Shown: positions 1-13,870 of the stretch, piece by piece
Numbering within the stretch: position 1 is the first letter of the stretch
Layout of the letters: every line of letters begins with the position of its first letter
Source: Octopus vulgaris
Taxonomy: Eukaryota
Length of the DNA stretch: 64,000 nt
Reading direction: 5' to 3'
NCBI GenBank assembly: GCA_951406725.2
Contig: OX597820.1
Location: 68,014,001 to 68,078,000, forward strand
Made by a program: the position numbers and the translations under genes
The notes under the pieces: generated by a model
Seen by the model: only the letters and a program-made list of their open reading frames with translations
Told to the model about the DNA's origin: nothing
Databases searched by the model: none

Positions 1-171
1 AAAGCCTATTACTTGTTCTATCGGGCCCCTTTGCTGAACCGCTAAGTCTCGAGGACATAAACACACCATCACCGGCTGTCAAGCAGTAGTAGGGTATAAA
101 CATACATACACACACGCACACACTTGCACGAACGCACGCGCACACCCACTCACACACACACCAACTCACAC

Positions 172-207
<36 letters not shown>

Positions 208-349
208 CAGGCTTCTTTCAGTTTCCGTCTACTAAATCCATTCACAAAGCTTCGGTCGGCCCGAGGCTTTAGTAGAAGACACTTGTCCAAGGTACCACGC
301 AGTGGAACTGAACCAGGAACCATGTGGTTGGGAAGCAAACGTCACACCA
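1..349 (-). mobile_element. tRNA-derived SINE family A (bipartite, internal microsatellite), truncated by window edge
   Basis: Reverse complement carries the recurring head ggttccTGGTTCAGTTCC (B-box-like), accttggacaagtgtcttctacta, an internal (TG)n tract and the 3' half cttagcggttcagcaaa; more than 10 homologous copies in the window. Confidence 0.85.
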
Positions 350-569
350 CACACGTTGATCCTTATAGTAATTAATTATGCATCCAGTGGCTCGGTGGAG
401 TGAGTTATGAATAACTAAGTGTCACGGTCCCTAACACAACATAGTACTGATGCTAAGGTACGTAACCTCACACCCACCGCCGACTGGTTGTCTGGATTAT
501 CGTATCTTCACCATAAGTACTTTAAAAAAAATCAGGTGAAGATTGGATAATTAACAAGCAGGAAGTAAC

Positions 570-1090
570 TCGGTTGTGTGCTTAAGAAGTTCGCTTCTCA
601 ACCATTTTTGCTTCCGTGTTCTGTCCCTCGGCGCAGTATCTTGGAAAAACGGTTTCTACTAGCCTCTTCCTTTGAGTGAAATTTGATTGAAGGAAACTGT
701 ATGGAAGCTCGTTACATAAAGGTGTAGGCGTGACTGGCTGTGTGGTAAGGTGTTTGCTTTCCAACAACATTTTTCCGTGTTCAGTTCCACTGCGTGGCAC
801 CTTGGGCATGTGTTTTCTACTCCATAAATCCCGGGCTGACCAAAGCCTTGTGAGTGGATTCGATATATGATGGGCTTCTTTCAGTCTCTGTCTATATGTA
901 TTTGTGTGTGTATGTGTGTGTGTACATGTGCATGTTCGCACGCGCGTTTATATCTGTGTTTCCTCACCTCAGCTTCACAACCGGCTGGGTTTGTTTACGT
1001 CCCCGTAAACTTAGCGGTTCGGCCAAATCGTTCGAATGGATAAGTAACAGGCTTAAAATTAAGTATTGGGGTTGATTCGTTCGACTAACA
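570..1090 (+). mobile_element. SINE family A: degenerate head followed by a near-complete copy
   Basis: ggctgtgtggtaag...gttcagttccactgcgtggcaccttgggca...ttacgtccccgtaaacttagcggttcggc. Confidence 0.8.
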
Positions 1091-1421
1091 TTCATTATTC
1101 TATAATTATTTTATAATTTAAAGTTTATTTATAACTTACAATACTAAATCCTAAAACTAAACAGATGTTACTAGAATCACCAAAATTTATATATATATCT
1201 ATTTTTTTTATACTTGGGGAAGGTCATGTTTTGCTTTGCCAACTAAACACACGCACTATATATTTGGCCTTTTCTTTAGAGTTATCATTATTTTAGTTTC
1301 TTTGTCAAAGCTCGACACACATACTGTGACCTCTTCAGCGACTTTTTATCCCACGTGTCGCCGCTTCTACTTTCTACTTATATGTATGTATCTATGTGTG
1401 TGTGTGTTTATCTATAGGCGT

Positions 1422-1482
<61 letters not shown>

Positions 1483-1789
1483 ATATCGTCATTAATTCGT
1501 TCTCGACAATTTTCTATCTATTTCACGTGACTGTTAGCTTTATACTGCTGGTCACAGAGGTTTAATATTTTTGATCAGCATCTTATGAGATGTTTTCAAA
1601 ACAGAACATTCTGTAGCGGAAGACATTCTTCAAAATACAATCTCGCATATTTCATTTATACGTTGACTCTTTTTGTTTCTTTTTCGCTTTATAGACTTAA
1701 GCCACAGCCCCAAATAATATACAATTTGCATATACTTTTGTTGAGCACTTTGTGTGAAGAATATCTCGCTAATATATACGCTGTGAATA

Positions 1790-2165
1790 AGGCGGTGATC
1801 TGGCAGAAACGTTAGCACGCCGGGCGAAATGCGTAGCCGTATTTCGTCTGCCGCTACGTTCTGAGTTCAAATTCCGCCGAGGTCGACTTTGCCTTTCATC
1901 CTTTCGGGGTCGATTAAATAAGTACCAGTTACACACTGGTGTCGATGTAATCGACTTAATCCGTTTGTCTGTCCTTAGCCCCTTGTGGGTAGTAAAGAAA
2001 TAAGTATTTCGTCTGCCGTTACGTTCTGAGTTCAAATTCCGCCGAGATCGTCTTTGCCTTTCATCCTTTCGGGGTCGATAAATTAAGTACCAGTTACGTC
2101 CTGGGTCGATCTAATCGATTGGCACCCTCCCCCCAAATTTCGAGGTTTGTGTCTAGATTAGAAAA
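1790..2165 (+). mobile_element. tRNA-derived SINE family B (Deu/Nin-like central domain), tandem dimer
   Basis: ggcgg..tggcagaaacgttagc (A-box-like), gagttcaaattcc (B box) and ttgcctttcatcctttcggggtcgat..aagtaccag, which resembles the Deu/Nin SINE domain; B box and central domain occur twice. Confidence 0.85.
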
Positions 2166-2179
2166 TATTATATAAATGG

Positions 2180-2370
2180 TTTCAAATTTTGCCACAAGGG
2201 CAGCCATTTTTGGTGTGGGGCGGGTATAAATCGATTTCATCATCCCCAGTGTTTTACTGGTACTTAATTTATCGACCCCGAAAAATGAAAGGCAAAGTCG
2301 ACCTCAGCGGGATTTGAACTCAGAATGAAACGACGGTCGAAATGCAACGATTCAGACAGCTCACCGCTTT
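2180..2370 (-). mobile_element. SINE family B
   Basis: ctggtacttaatttatcgaccccg..aaaggcaaagtcgacctc..atttgaactcaga. Confidence 0.8.
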
Positions 2371-2963
2371 AATACCCTGTGAATAATATAATAAAGGCAA
2401 GGCTAACATGTCGGTCGGTTTAACCCCACCGCCTATGACTTGGGTGACACTGGCCGGGAAAATTTAGCGATCACTGTTGATTGTAAAATTTATCGGAACA
2501 ATAGACAAGTGATTTCTCCAAGGGCAAATCCAACACTTGTCAGCTTTAGGCTAAGAACAGTGGGGTGAGAAGATAATAATTTCCGACATTGAGTGGTAGG
2601 CTTAGCATGACTCCCAATTTAACACCATCATCTTTTGTATTAGATTGTTCTGTCTGATGGAAGCAATCAGTTTAGTTACCTGACTCTCTCTCTCTCTCTA
2701 TCTCTCTCCGTCCACGTTTAAGCCGAAAAGATTGATTTGTTTATAAACAGGCTGGGCAACAGGATTGCATTAAGCTCTCAGTAGTTTGGAGGGTTTGCAA
2801 CGAACAGGTGCACTGCTTTGCTTCCTCTGACTAAATTATCAGAACAAAGCAAAAACAAATAGGTACAGGTTTCTTAGGAAAGGCTATCGTGGACGGGATC
2901 GAATTCAGTATATAAGGAGCAGTTATTTATCAGCTGTTGGTGGGTTCTTGAACTAACTCAATA

Positions 2964-3063
2964 TGTAGGTGTGAGGTAAGAAGCTTACTTCCCAACCACA
3001 TGGTTCCGTGTTCGGTCCCACTGCGTGGCACCTTGGGCAAGTGTCTTCTACTATAGCCCGTCG

Positions 3064-3094
<31 letters not shown>

Positions 3095-3320
3095 TTATAT
3101 GTATATATGTTTGTGTGTCTGTGTTTGTCCCCCTCCCCCACCATTGCTTGAGAACTGGTATTGGTGTGTTTGTGTTCCCTTAACTTAGCGGTTCGGCAAA
3201 AGAGACGATAGAATAAGTACTGGGCTTACAAAGAATAAGTCCTGGGGTCGACTTGTTCGACTAAAGCGGTGTTCCAGCATGGCCACACACAAATGACTGA
3301 AACAAATAAATGAATAAAAG
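2964..3320 (+). mobile_element. SINE family A
   Basis: Head, internal (TA)n and 3' half ending cagcatggccac..aaatgactgaaacaa. Confidence 0.85.
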
Positions 3321-3409
3321 ACTGATTTGAACCGTAAACTCTGACGTTGAAACAATGGAGGATACAATTGACTGAAACTGATCCGGCTTACATTAAATGA
3401 GTTTCTGGT

Positions 3410-3640
3410 AGCCGTGAGCTCGCAGAGTCGTTAGAGCGTCGGAAAAATATCTGGCGGCATTTGTTCTGGAATTTTACATTTTGAGTTTAATTTCCTTCCC
3501 GGTCAACTTTGCCTTCCATCTTTTCAGAAACGATAAAGTACTAGTTGAGATCAGGGGTTGATATAATCTACCACATCCTTCTCTCCACCTGACCTCTCTC
3601 AAAATTACTGGCCTTATTTCTAAATCAGAAAACATTTAAT
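3410..3640 (+). mobile_element. Diverged SINE family B
   Basis: gagctcgcagagtcgttagagcgtcgg..caactttgccttccatc. Confidence 0.65.
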
Positions 3641-3789
3641 AGGTTTTTGAGAAATGAAAGCCAGGGTCGACTTCGATAGGATTCGAACATGGAACTTCAC
3701 ATTGTGTACATATCAATTACTTTCAACATCTAACACAATCGCTTTTCTCGACCTCTCCATTTCCCATTCGTTTTATCCTATAGTAGATA

Positions 3790-4775
3790 TTGCTTTCAAA
3801 TTTTGGCACAAGGCCAGCAATTTCGGGGAAAGGGGTAAGTCGATTACATCGACCCCAGTATTCAACTGGTACTTATTTTATCGTCACCGAAAGGATGAAA
3901 GGCAAAGTCAACTTTGGCAGAATTTGAATGCAGAACGTAAAGACGGACGAAATGGCGCTAATTCTTACGATTATTTTCTACTCTAGAAACAAGGCCCGAA
4001 ACTTTTAGGGAATGGGCCAGTCGATTAGAACGACCCCAGTACGCAACTGGTACTTTTTTTAATCGACCCCCGAAAGGATAAAACGCAAAGTCGACCTCGG
4101 CAGAATTTGAACTCAGAACGTAAAAACGGATGAAATGCCGTTAAGCATTCCACCCTCCGGTGTGCTAACGATTATTTTTTACTCTAGGAACAAGGCCCGA
4201 AACTTTTAGGGAATGGGCCAGTCGATTAGAACGACCCCAGTACGCAACTGGTACTTTTTTAATCGACCCCCGAAAGGATAAAACGTAAAGTCGACCTCGG
4301 CATAATTTGAACTCAGAACGTAAAAACGGATGAAATGCTGTTAAGCATTCCACCCTCCGGTGTGCTAACGATTATTCTCTACTCTAGGAACAAGGTCCAA
4401 AACTTTTGTGGAAGGGGCCAGTCGATTAGATCAACTCCCATTAAGCAACTGGTTCTTATTTAATCGACCCGAAAGGATGAAAGGCTAAGTCGACCACGGC
4501 GGAATTTGAACTCAGAACGTAAGCACAGACGAAATACCTATTTCTATTTCTTTATTACCCACAAGGGGCTAAACACAGAGGGGACAAACAAGGACAGACA
4601 TAGGTATTAAGTCGATTACATTGACCCCAGTGCGTAACTGGTACTTAATTTATCGACCCCGAAAGGATGAAAGGCAAAGTCGACCTCGGCGGAATTTGAA
4701 CTCAGAACGTAAGCACAGACGAAATACCGGTAAGCATTTCGCCCGACGTGCTAACGCTTCTGCCAGCTCGCCGCC
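3790..4775 (-). mobile_element. Head-to-tail array of about 5 SINE family B units
   Basis: Repeated gtcgacctcggc.gaatttgaactcagaacgtaa at roughly 190-205 bp spacing. Confidence 0.85.
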
Positions 4776-5029
4776 TCTCAATAAGATATATTTCCATCCT
4801 AGGTTTCTAGTACTAACCTGTTGCATAATAGAACAGACGACTTTAAAAAGGATGACATGTTATATTTGTGCGTTTATTCTTCGCATTTTCCTTTTGAGAT
4901 TAATAAGGCTTGAATTTAGTAACCCCAAAAAGAACAAACCAGAACTACTCTCCCCACCCAATTCATTTAATGTTTTTTTTTTCTTCTTTTACATTTTAAA
5001 TATTTGAATCAAGAAAGAACCAGTTACAA

Positions 5030-5066
<37 letters not shown>

Positions 5067-5429
5067 AGTTCATTAATGACATCATATCTCAGCACTGGCA
5101 CAGTTGGCCCTCGGAAACTCCGGGAAGGATTTTGGGGGAAAGTTCGTGCGGAGAGAGCAAAGGTGCCGAAATAAATAAATAATTTACTCCATTCATAAAT
5201 CAAAAAATGAGAATAAGTAAAATAATATAAAAATAAAAATAACATGAAAAATAAGTATAAAGAAAACAAGCAAATGAAACATTAAAAAAAACCGCATTAA
5301 GACAAAGAGAATAAATGAGAGAGGGAAAGTGGGGAAGAGGGAGAGAGGGAGAGAGAGAGAGAGAGGAGGAGGAGGAAGAGAGACTGAGATGAGAAGCGAC
5401 AATGACATAAAGGAAGGAAAAGGCTAGCT

Positions 5430-6342
5430 ATGTATGTATGTATGTATGTATGTATGTATGTGTGTATGCATGTATGTGTGTATGTATGTTTGTGTGTATG
5501 TATGTATGTATGTATGTATGTGTGTATGTATGTATGTATGTATGTGTGTATGTGTGTATGTATGTATGTGTGTATGTGTGTATGTATGTATATATGTATG
5601 TATGTATGTATGTATGTGTGTGTGTATGTATGTATGTATGTATGTATGTATCAATGCATGTCTGCTGTATTTATGTTTGTTTGTGTGTATGTATATATGT
5701 GTGTATGAATGTATGTATGTATGATTGAATGTATGTATGTACGTATGTATGTATGTATGTATGTATGTATGTATGTATGAATAAATGTATATATGAATTA
5801 TATATGTATGAATATATGTATGATTGTATATATGTAAGAATGTATGAATTTAGGTAAGAATGTAGGTATGTATGTTTCAATGAATGCATTTATATATGAA
5901 TCATATATGTATGCATGCATGTATGCATGAATGTATGTATGTATGTATGTATGTATGTATGTATGCATGAATGTTTGTATGTATGTATGTATGTACATAT
6001 GAATGTATGTATGTGTAAATTTATATATGTATGTGTGTAAGTACGAATCTATGTATGTATGAATGCATGTATTTATGAATGTATGTATGAATGTAGGTAT
6101 GAATGTATGAATGAATGTACGTATGTGTAAATTTATATATAGGTATAAATGTATTATGCACGTATGTATGTCTGTATGTATGTATCTATGTATGCATGAA
6201 TGTAGGTATTAATGTAGGTATGTATATATGAATGTATGTATGCATGTATGTATGAATGTCGGTATGAATGAACGTATGTATGAATAAATGAACGTATGTA
6301 TGTATTATTACGTATGTATGAGTGTATGTATCTACGTATATC

Positions 6343-6375
<33 letters not shown>

Positions 6376-6385
6376 TGTATGTATG

Positions 6386-6416
<31 letters not shown>

Positions 6417-7336
6417 GTTAATAAAATAGAACATATGCATATATAAAAACATATATGTACGTACCTACCTCTACATGTACATATACACGCATATATGTGT
6501 ACAGGACATATATGGATATATATATATATATCATATATATACATATGTATGCATACCGGCATGCATACATACATACATACATATGAAAAATTCATCCATT
6601 TCTCTTTCCGTACATGTGTGTGCGTGGATGTGTGTGTGTAGGGAAAGACAGATAGATATGTACGCATATGTACGTATATAAATGTATTTAGAATTACACA
6701 CCTATAATGCATACTCATAGACAAACACACACATTGACACTCACACACCTCAGATATATATAAGTATATAGTGAGGTAGATAATTCGTTAGGAACGTAGG
6801 TAGATAGATAAATAGGTAGGTAGTAAGTAGGTAGGTAGATATTTAGATAGATAAATAGATAGATAGGTATGTAATTAGAGGGTAGATAGATGGATAGATA
6901 GATAGATAGACAGATAAATAGATAAATGGATAGGCATGTAGGTAGATAGAAGGTAGATAGATAGATAGGTAGGTAGGTAGGTAGGTAGGTAGGTAGGTAG
7001 GCAGATAGATAGATAGATAAATCAATAGGTATGTAGGTAGATAGAAGGTAGATATATAGATAGTCATTTGGGTAGATAGGTAGATAGAAAGAGAGATGTG
7101 TAGATTAGGTAGGTAGATAAATAGAGAGAGAAAGAGAGTGAGCTGGGTAGATGGGTAGGTTTGTAGGTAGATAGAAGGTAGATAAATAGATAGATATATA
7201 GGTAGGTAGGTAGGTAGCTAGCTATCTACCTAGATTGATAGATAGATAGATAGATAGAGAGACAGAGAGACGTAAATTCATACATACATGCATACATATA
7301 TACATACATATATCGATATCTATCTATCTATCTATT

Positions 7337-7424
<88 letters not shown>

Positions 7425-7514
7425 TTACCTACCAAGCAACCTACCTACCTACCTACCTATCAATCTATCTGTCTACCTACGTACTCTACCAAACTCTCTC
7501 TCTTTCTCTCTCAT

Positions 7515-7598
<84 letters not shown>

Positions 7599-7600
7599 GC
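5430..7600. repeat. Compound microsatellite field: (ATGT)n, (AT)n, (AGGT)n, (GATA/TATC)n
   Basis: Directly visible tetranucleotide tracts. Confidence 0.95.
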
Positions 7601-7680
7601 TATTCAGTAAAAGAGAAGAATAACAATCATGTTTCGCTCATGTACAGGGGGAGGGGAATTGATTAGGGTGTCATTAAGGA

Positions 7681-7845
7681 CTAAGAATTGATCGACGGGA
7701 GGTGTGCATATGTGATAGTTAGGAACGTAACGATACCAAAGCTAAGAGCTAGAAGCAGACAGCTGAACAAAAATGTCGCTCCCGGTTCTATGACGGCGTT
7801 AAGTCCTCCGTTGACCCCCGAGTCGCCTATTCGGTCGGGCACCTG
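7681..7845 (-). CDS. Candidate terminal coding exon of an unidentified host gene with a hydrophobic C-terminus (GPI signal or TM)
   Basis: Minus strand: branch-like GCTAAT, then ttctcCAG|CAG acceptor, then open frame QVPDRIGDSGVNGGLNAVIEPGATFLFSCLLLALSFGIVTFLTITYAHLPSINS-TAG in a unique GC-richer island. Confidence 0.4.
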   Translation of the reverse strand, partial: QVPDRIGDSGVNGGLNAVIEPGATFLFSCLLLALSFGIVTFLTITYAHLPSINS

Positions 7846-8598
7846 CTGGAGAAGTTCAACTCTTTTGTAACGAAATTAGCACTGTTAGCAAGCAGCAGCA
7901 ACAGCAGCAGTAGTAGCACCCTTTTTCTTGTTGTTATTGTTGTTGTTTATATTTTGTTCATTTATTTTATTATATTTTGTTTTCTTTTTTATTCACAATG
8001 CATTCTCCGTTCTCTATACTCCTTTGTCTCTTTCTATCTTTCTTTATCTCCTGACTACACCCTGTGTGTGTGAGTGTGTATGTGTGTATTCATATATATA
8101 TACACACATACACACATACACACACATATATATGCATACATATATGTATACAAAAAGACACGCATATATAAGTATATATATGCATATACATATATATACA
8201 TATTTATATGTATTATGTATGCATGTGTGTATATATATATATATATATACACACACACGCACATATATATACAGGTATACGTAATCAAATACATACATAT
8301 ATACACACACATATGTATGCATACACACACATTTATATGTATATATGGATGTGTGTATATTATTAGATAGATCAGTCATTTAAATATTTCTGCTATTCAT
8401 TTCTTACTATTTCTACGAGGTATATATGTGTGTGTGTATGTGTGTGTGTGTGTATGTTTATCCACAAGATATATATATATATATATATGTATATCTACAA
8501 GGTATATGTATGTTAGTGTGTGTTTGCGTGTATGTGTGTGTGTGTGTTAGTGTGTGAGTATTAATGTGTATATGTATGTGTGTGTGTTTGTGTGTGTA

Positions 8599-8632
<34 letters not shown>

Positions 8633-9120
8633 AGACCACATCTTTTTCTATACTCAACTTTTTTGTCAATTCACTTTTATTTTGTCTTTCATCTTTTCTT
8701 CCATTTTCCCACCCATTTCACACCCGTTCTCTTTCTGCTCCTCCTTTCTCTTCCTCATAATTCTCCACCCCTGCTCCTGCATCCCACCTGTCTCCCCATC
8801 TCCCCTCCCTTACCACTCTTCCACCTCACCCCTCCCTTCCTCCTCTTCCTCCACCCTTACTAATTGCTGGTGTAGTAGTAGTAGTCACCAGTTTTAATTG
8901 TCATAGTTCTGAGGATGCTAGTGTTCAACTAAATGCTGGTTATGGCGAAGGTGGCTATGGTGATAGTAGCTATGGCGATGGTAGCTATGGTGATGGGGGT
9001 TATGATGGTAACAAATCACAAATGCTTTTCTGGTGGTACGGTTTGGTAGTAACGATTCACTTGTGGATTTTCCCAGACTCACTCTTATCCAGTCATGTTA
9101 TTATTAAATCCTTTCTACCA

Positions 9121-9528
9121 TACTCTTTTACTCTTTTACTTGTTTCAGTCATTTGAACGTGGCCATACTGGAGCACCGCCTTTAGTCGAGCAAAACGACA
9201 CCAGGACTTATTCTTTGTAAGCCTAGTACTTATTCTATTGGTCTCTTTTGCCGAACCACTAAGTTACGGGGACGTAAGCACACCAGCATCGGTTGTCACG
9301 CGACGTTGGGAGGGGGGGGGCACAGAAGCACAAACATATATACACACACAGATATATATATAGGATGGGCTTCTTTCAGTTTCCGTCTACCAAATCCACT
9401 CACAAAGCTTTGTTAGGCTCGAAGGCTATAGTAGAAGACACTTGCCCAAGGTACCACGCATTGGGACTGAACCCGGAACCATGTGATTCGTAAGCAAGCT
9501 ACTTACCACACAGCCACTCCTACGCCTA
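9121..9528 (-). mobile_element. Full-length SINE family A
   Basis: From ggcgtaggagtggctgtgtggtaag to the tail (gtaaaaga)n on the minus strand. Confidence 0.9.
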
Positions 9529-9534
9529 TTACCA

Positions 9535-10200
<666 letters not shown>

Positions 10201-10449
10201 AGAAAGTAAACTGGATAGCAGTTCCCTTTCCATCCAGTTTCTGAAAAGAAAAAGAACTGTGGCCAAAATGGATAGAATGAATGCGCCTATAGATTGGAGA
10301 TCAGGAGAGAGAGCTTGTATCTTTGGTGGCCAGGGTAATCCTGGATCTGTGGGGATTCCTTGATTGGCCCTAGTTGGAGAGTCTCCTGTATAAAGAGGAA
10401 GGCATCATTCATGTAATCTTATTTTTTGTATACCATGTATATTTTTAGT

Positions 10450-10730
10450 GGAGGCACATGGCCCAGTGATTAGAGCAGCGGACTCGCGGTCGAGGGAGCG
10501 TGGGTTCGAAACTAAGACCGCGTGATGTATGTGTTTATGAAAGAAACACCTAAGTTCCACGTGGCTTCGGTAGAAGGTAATGGCTACAACTTTCTCTCAT
10601 TCTTTCCTCCTGCATCTAATAGCTCACCTGCGACGTATCGGCGTTTCGTCTAGGTGAGGAACCTATACGCCAATGAAACCAGGAAACCGGCCCTTATGAG
10701 CGAGGCATGGCTTGACAATGAACAAATAAC
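10450..10730 (+). mobile_element. tRNA-derived SINE family C
   Basis: ggaggcacatggcccagtgattagagcagcggactcgcggtcg..ggttcgaaac; homologous to 24412 (+) and 60680 (-). Confidence 0.75.
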
Positions 10731-10861
10731 ATATATACTTTTACCGCATTTCATCTCTTTCATATCTTAACCCCACCCCATCCTTTATGTAAATCCTCAC
10801 ACAGCTTGTTTTCTGTCCTTGTGATGTCACCCTCATCTTAGCTCTGTGACTAATATAAGAA

Positions 10862-11390
10862 ATTATCATTATTACTGAGTGAGAGTAGTGCATGCCACTG
10901 GGGTAAATTATACGAAGCCCAGTATACTCCTCATGACTACCTGTCTGGTAAGGGTACACCAGGCACATGCATCATAACCATATGTACGCAACATAGTGAT
11001 CTCATATCAGGGTGAACAGCGCTTGACCTTGCCCAGTTAGAATTTTCTCAAAAGGTCCTTGAATAAGGGTTGTTTAAAGGATACTGAACGAAACACTCAT
11101 GTTTCCAGAGGTGGATTATTCAAACCCCACAAAATTCCTCTCAACACATGGCTATGATGCTTCCCCAATGCTTCTTGCTCGTGATCAGAGATGCACATAT
11201 CGTCAGCCACTAAGTGACAAGCTCAACTGGTTAAGGTCAAGCAACTGATAAGCATATCTGTGATATTGAGCAGAATATTTGCTGCAGTTCATCTTTTATA
11301 CTAATACAAAGCAGGTACGGGATAACACTTGCAATCAGTTAAGATCAGAAGCCATGAAAGACAGTACCTGGTCCTGCATCAGGCCATTTA
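10862..11390 (-). mobile_element. Retroposon 3' region, family D (LINE 3'UTR-like)
   Basis: Reverse complement of 59325-59680, which ends in a long (AAT)n tail. Confidence 0.7.
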
Positions 11391-11403
11391 TTTATTAATT
11401 TAT

Positions 11404-11721
<318 letters not shown>

Positions 11722-11903
11722 GCACGCCAGACGAAATGCTGTCAAGCACTTTGTCGTTACGTTCTGGGGTTAAATTCCGAGATCGAGTTTGCCTTTCATT
11801 CTTTCGGTGTCGATAAAATATATATACCAGTTAAGTAATGGAATCGTTGTAATCGACTCGTACCCTCTCTGAATTTTAGGCCTTGTCCCTATAGTGGAAA
11901 GGA

Positions 11904-12810
11904 TTGCACCTGGAGTGCCAGCAAGCGCTCGCAGCCTTCTTCCAGTCGCGCAATATAGTCGGTGGAAGTTCCAGACTGCAGTTCTATAAGAGATTAGCGA
12001 CGACGCCTGCAGGGAAACTGGACGTTGATGAAGGTCAATCAGGTGGTTTGTACCGGAGGACTTTCGGGCCTATGGATAATTCCCAGAAATCCCTGGACTA
12101 ATAGTGCAACCGAGGACAGTGCCGGTTTGAAGACTATCTCTTTAGACAGGGAAACGCTGTCGGACGAAACTGTCCGAGATGTGCACAGAGCGATGAGACC
12201 GTTTTGCATCATTCGCCTACTGTTCGGCTATTGTTGACTTGTGAAACTTTGTCGAACAGATGTTGTCACGAGTAGGGCGGATCCGGTTATCGGTTTCTTG
12301 TTTTTTTTTTGTTTTTTGTTTTTTTGCTGGGAAGGGCAGGCAGTTTTCCTGGCTGGTGTCTATGGCGAAAGAGGTAGTGTGGTAGACAAGATTTGAAATG
12401 ACTGAAGACAAATACTTTCCTTTTCAGCCAAGTTCCACTTGAAAAAGGAAAGTGAAGATGGAGAGGGAAGTGTTCCTCCTCACTCCAATCGTTTTGTTGA
12501 AACGTGGGTGAATGTGATGAGGATGGCTCGTGTAAATGGGCCTACTCTGAAATGCACTTGTAAGCCGCAGGAGATGAAGAGGAGAGATGTTCCTGCATGG
12601 GATGCCCTTGGAGATCAGAATGAGCATAATGTGTGACGTTTCTTGGTTGCCCATGAACGGAAGTTACCCCTTTAAGTGAATTATTTTGTTTAAATTTTGT
12701 TGTTAATTGTTATTGCTTTATCGTTGCTTACACTTGTTTGTGTTAGACCCCACTTTTCCCTAGTTTTTGGATTGTCTTTTTCTTTTGTTCTGTATTCAGC
12801 CCTTGCGATG
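11904..12810 (+). mobile_element. 5'-truncated decayed Tx1/L1-clade LINE (ORF2 C-terminus with Zn-finger region plus 3'UTR), second family
   Basis: HLECQQAL..TFGPMDNSQKSL, CPRCAQSDETVLH and WVNVMRMAR align with HRECRVAL..PMDNFQRSL, CSRCGQSDETVLH and WMNVARMAR of the 39315-40106 ORF. Confidence 0.85.
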
Positions 12811-12814
12811 AGCA

Positions 12815-13870
12815 GACAAAATCGTTAGCACGCCAGACGAAATACTTAGCAGTATATCGTTCATTTTTACATTTTGAGTTCAAGCCGAAGTCGACTTTGC
12901 CTTTCATCCTTTCGGAGTCGATGAAATAAGTACTAGTGGATCACTGGGGTCGGTGTAATCGACCGGTCCTCCACCTACAAACTTGAGGCCTTGTGCCTAA
13001 AGTTGAAACAAGGGATCAAGTTGGCAGAATCGTTAGCAAGGCGGACAAAATACATGGTTACATTTCTTCCGACTCTTTACGTTCCGAGTTCAATTCCCGC
13101 CGATCTCAGCTTTGCATTTTATCCTTCTACTGTCGATAAATAAGTACCAGTTACTAGAGACGACTAACCCCCTCCCCCATCCCCAAATTTCAGGCCTTGT
13201 GCCTATAGTAGAAAGGGTTATTATAAAGGCGGCAAGCTGGCAGAAACGTTAGCACGCCGGGCGAAATGCGTAACCGTATTTCGTCTGCCGTTACGTTCTG
13301 AGTTCAAATTCCGCCGAAGTTGACTTTGCTTTTCATCCTTTCGGGGTCAATAAATTAAGTACCAGTTACGCATTGGCGTCGATGTAATCGACTTATTCCG
13401 TTTTTTTGTCCTTGTTTGTCCCCTCTGTGTTTAGCCCCATGTGGGTTGTAAAGAAATAGGTATTTCGTCTGCTGTTACGTTCTGAGTTCAAATTCCGTCG
13501 AGGTCGACTTCGCCTTTCATCCTTTCGTGTTCGATTAAATAAGTACCAGTTACGCACTGGGGTCGATGTAATCGACTTAATCCCTTTGTCTGTCTATGTT
13601 TGTCTCCTTTGTGTTTAGCCCCTTGTGGGCAATAAAGAAATAAGAATGGGTGATCGTGAGCTCGCAGAGTTGTTGGCGCATCGGACGAAATGCTTAGCAG
13701 CATTTCTTCCGAATCTTTACGTTCTGAGTTCAAATCTCGACGAGGTCAACTTAGCCTTCCATCCTTCGGAAATCGATAAAATAAAGTAAGACACAAGTAC
13801 AAGAATCGATGTAATCAACTGACCCCCTTCCCACCCCACCACCAAATCGCTGACCTTGTGTTAAAATTAG
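12815..13870 (+). mobile_element. Array of about 5 SINE family B copies of mixed age
   Basis: Repeated gagttcaa..gtcgactttgcctttcatcc motifs. Confidence 0.85.

Noticed and set aside
5424-8379. Many ORFs such as [12 protein letters not shown] and YIYI (also 15-17, 22-23, 37, 41-43, 55-57 and 61 kb)
   Set aside because: Stop-free readings of microsatellites, not proteins.
10450-10520. tRNA genes at SINE heads (also 24412, 18125, 44210)
   Set aside because: A/B boxes are present but they continue into SINE bodies, and I could not fold a complete cloverleaf.
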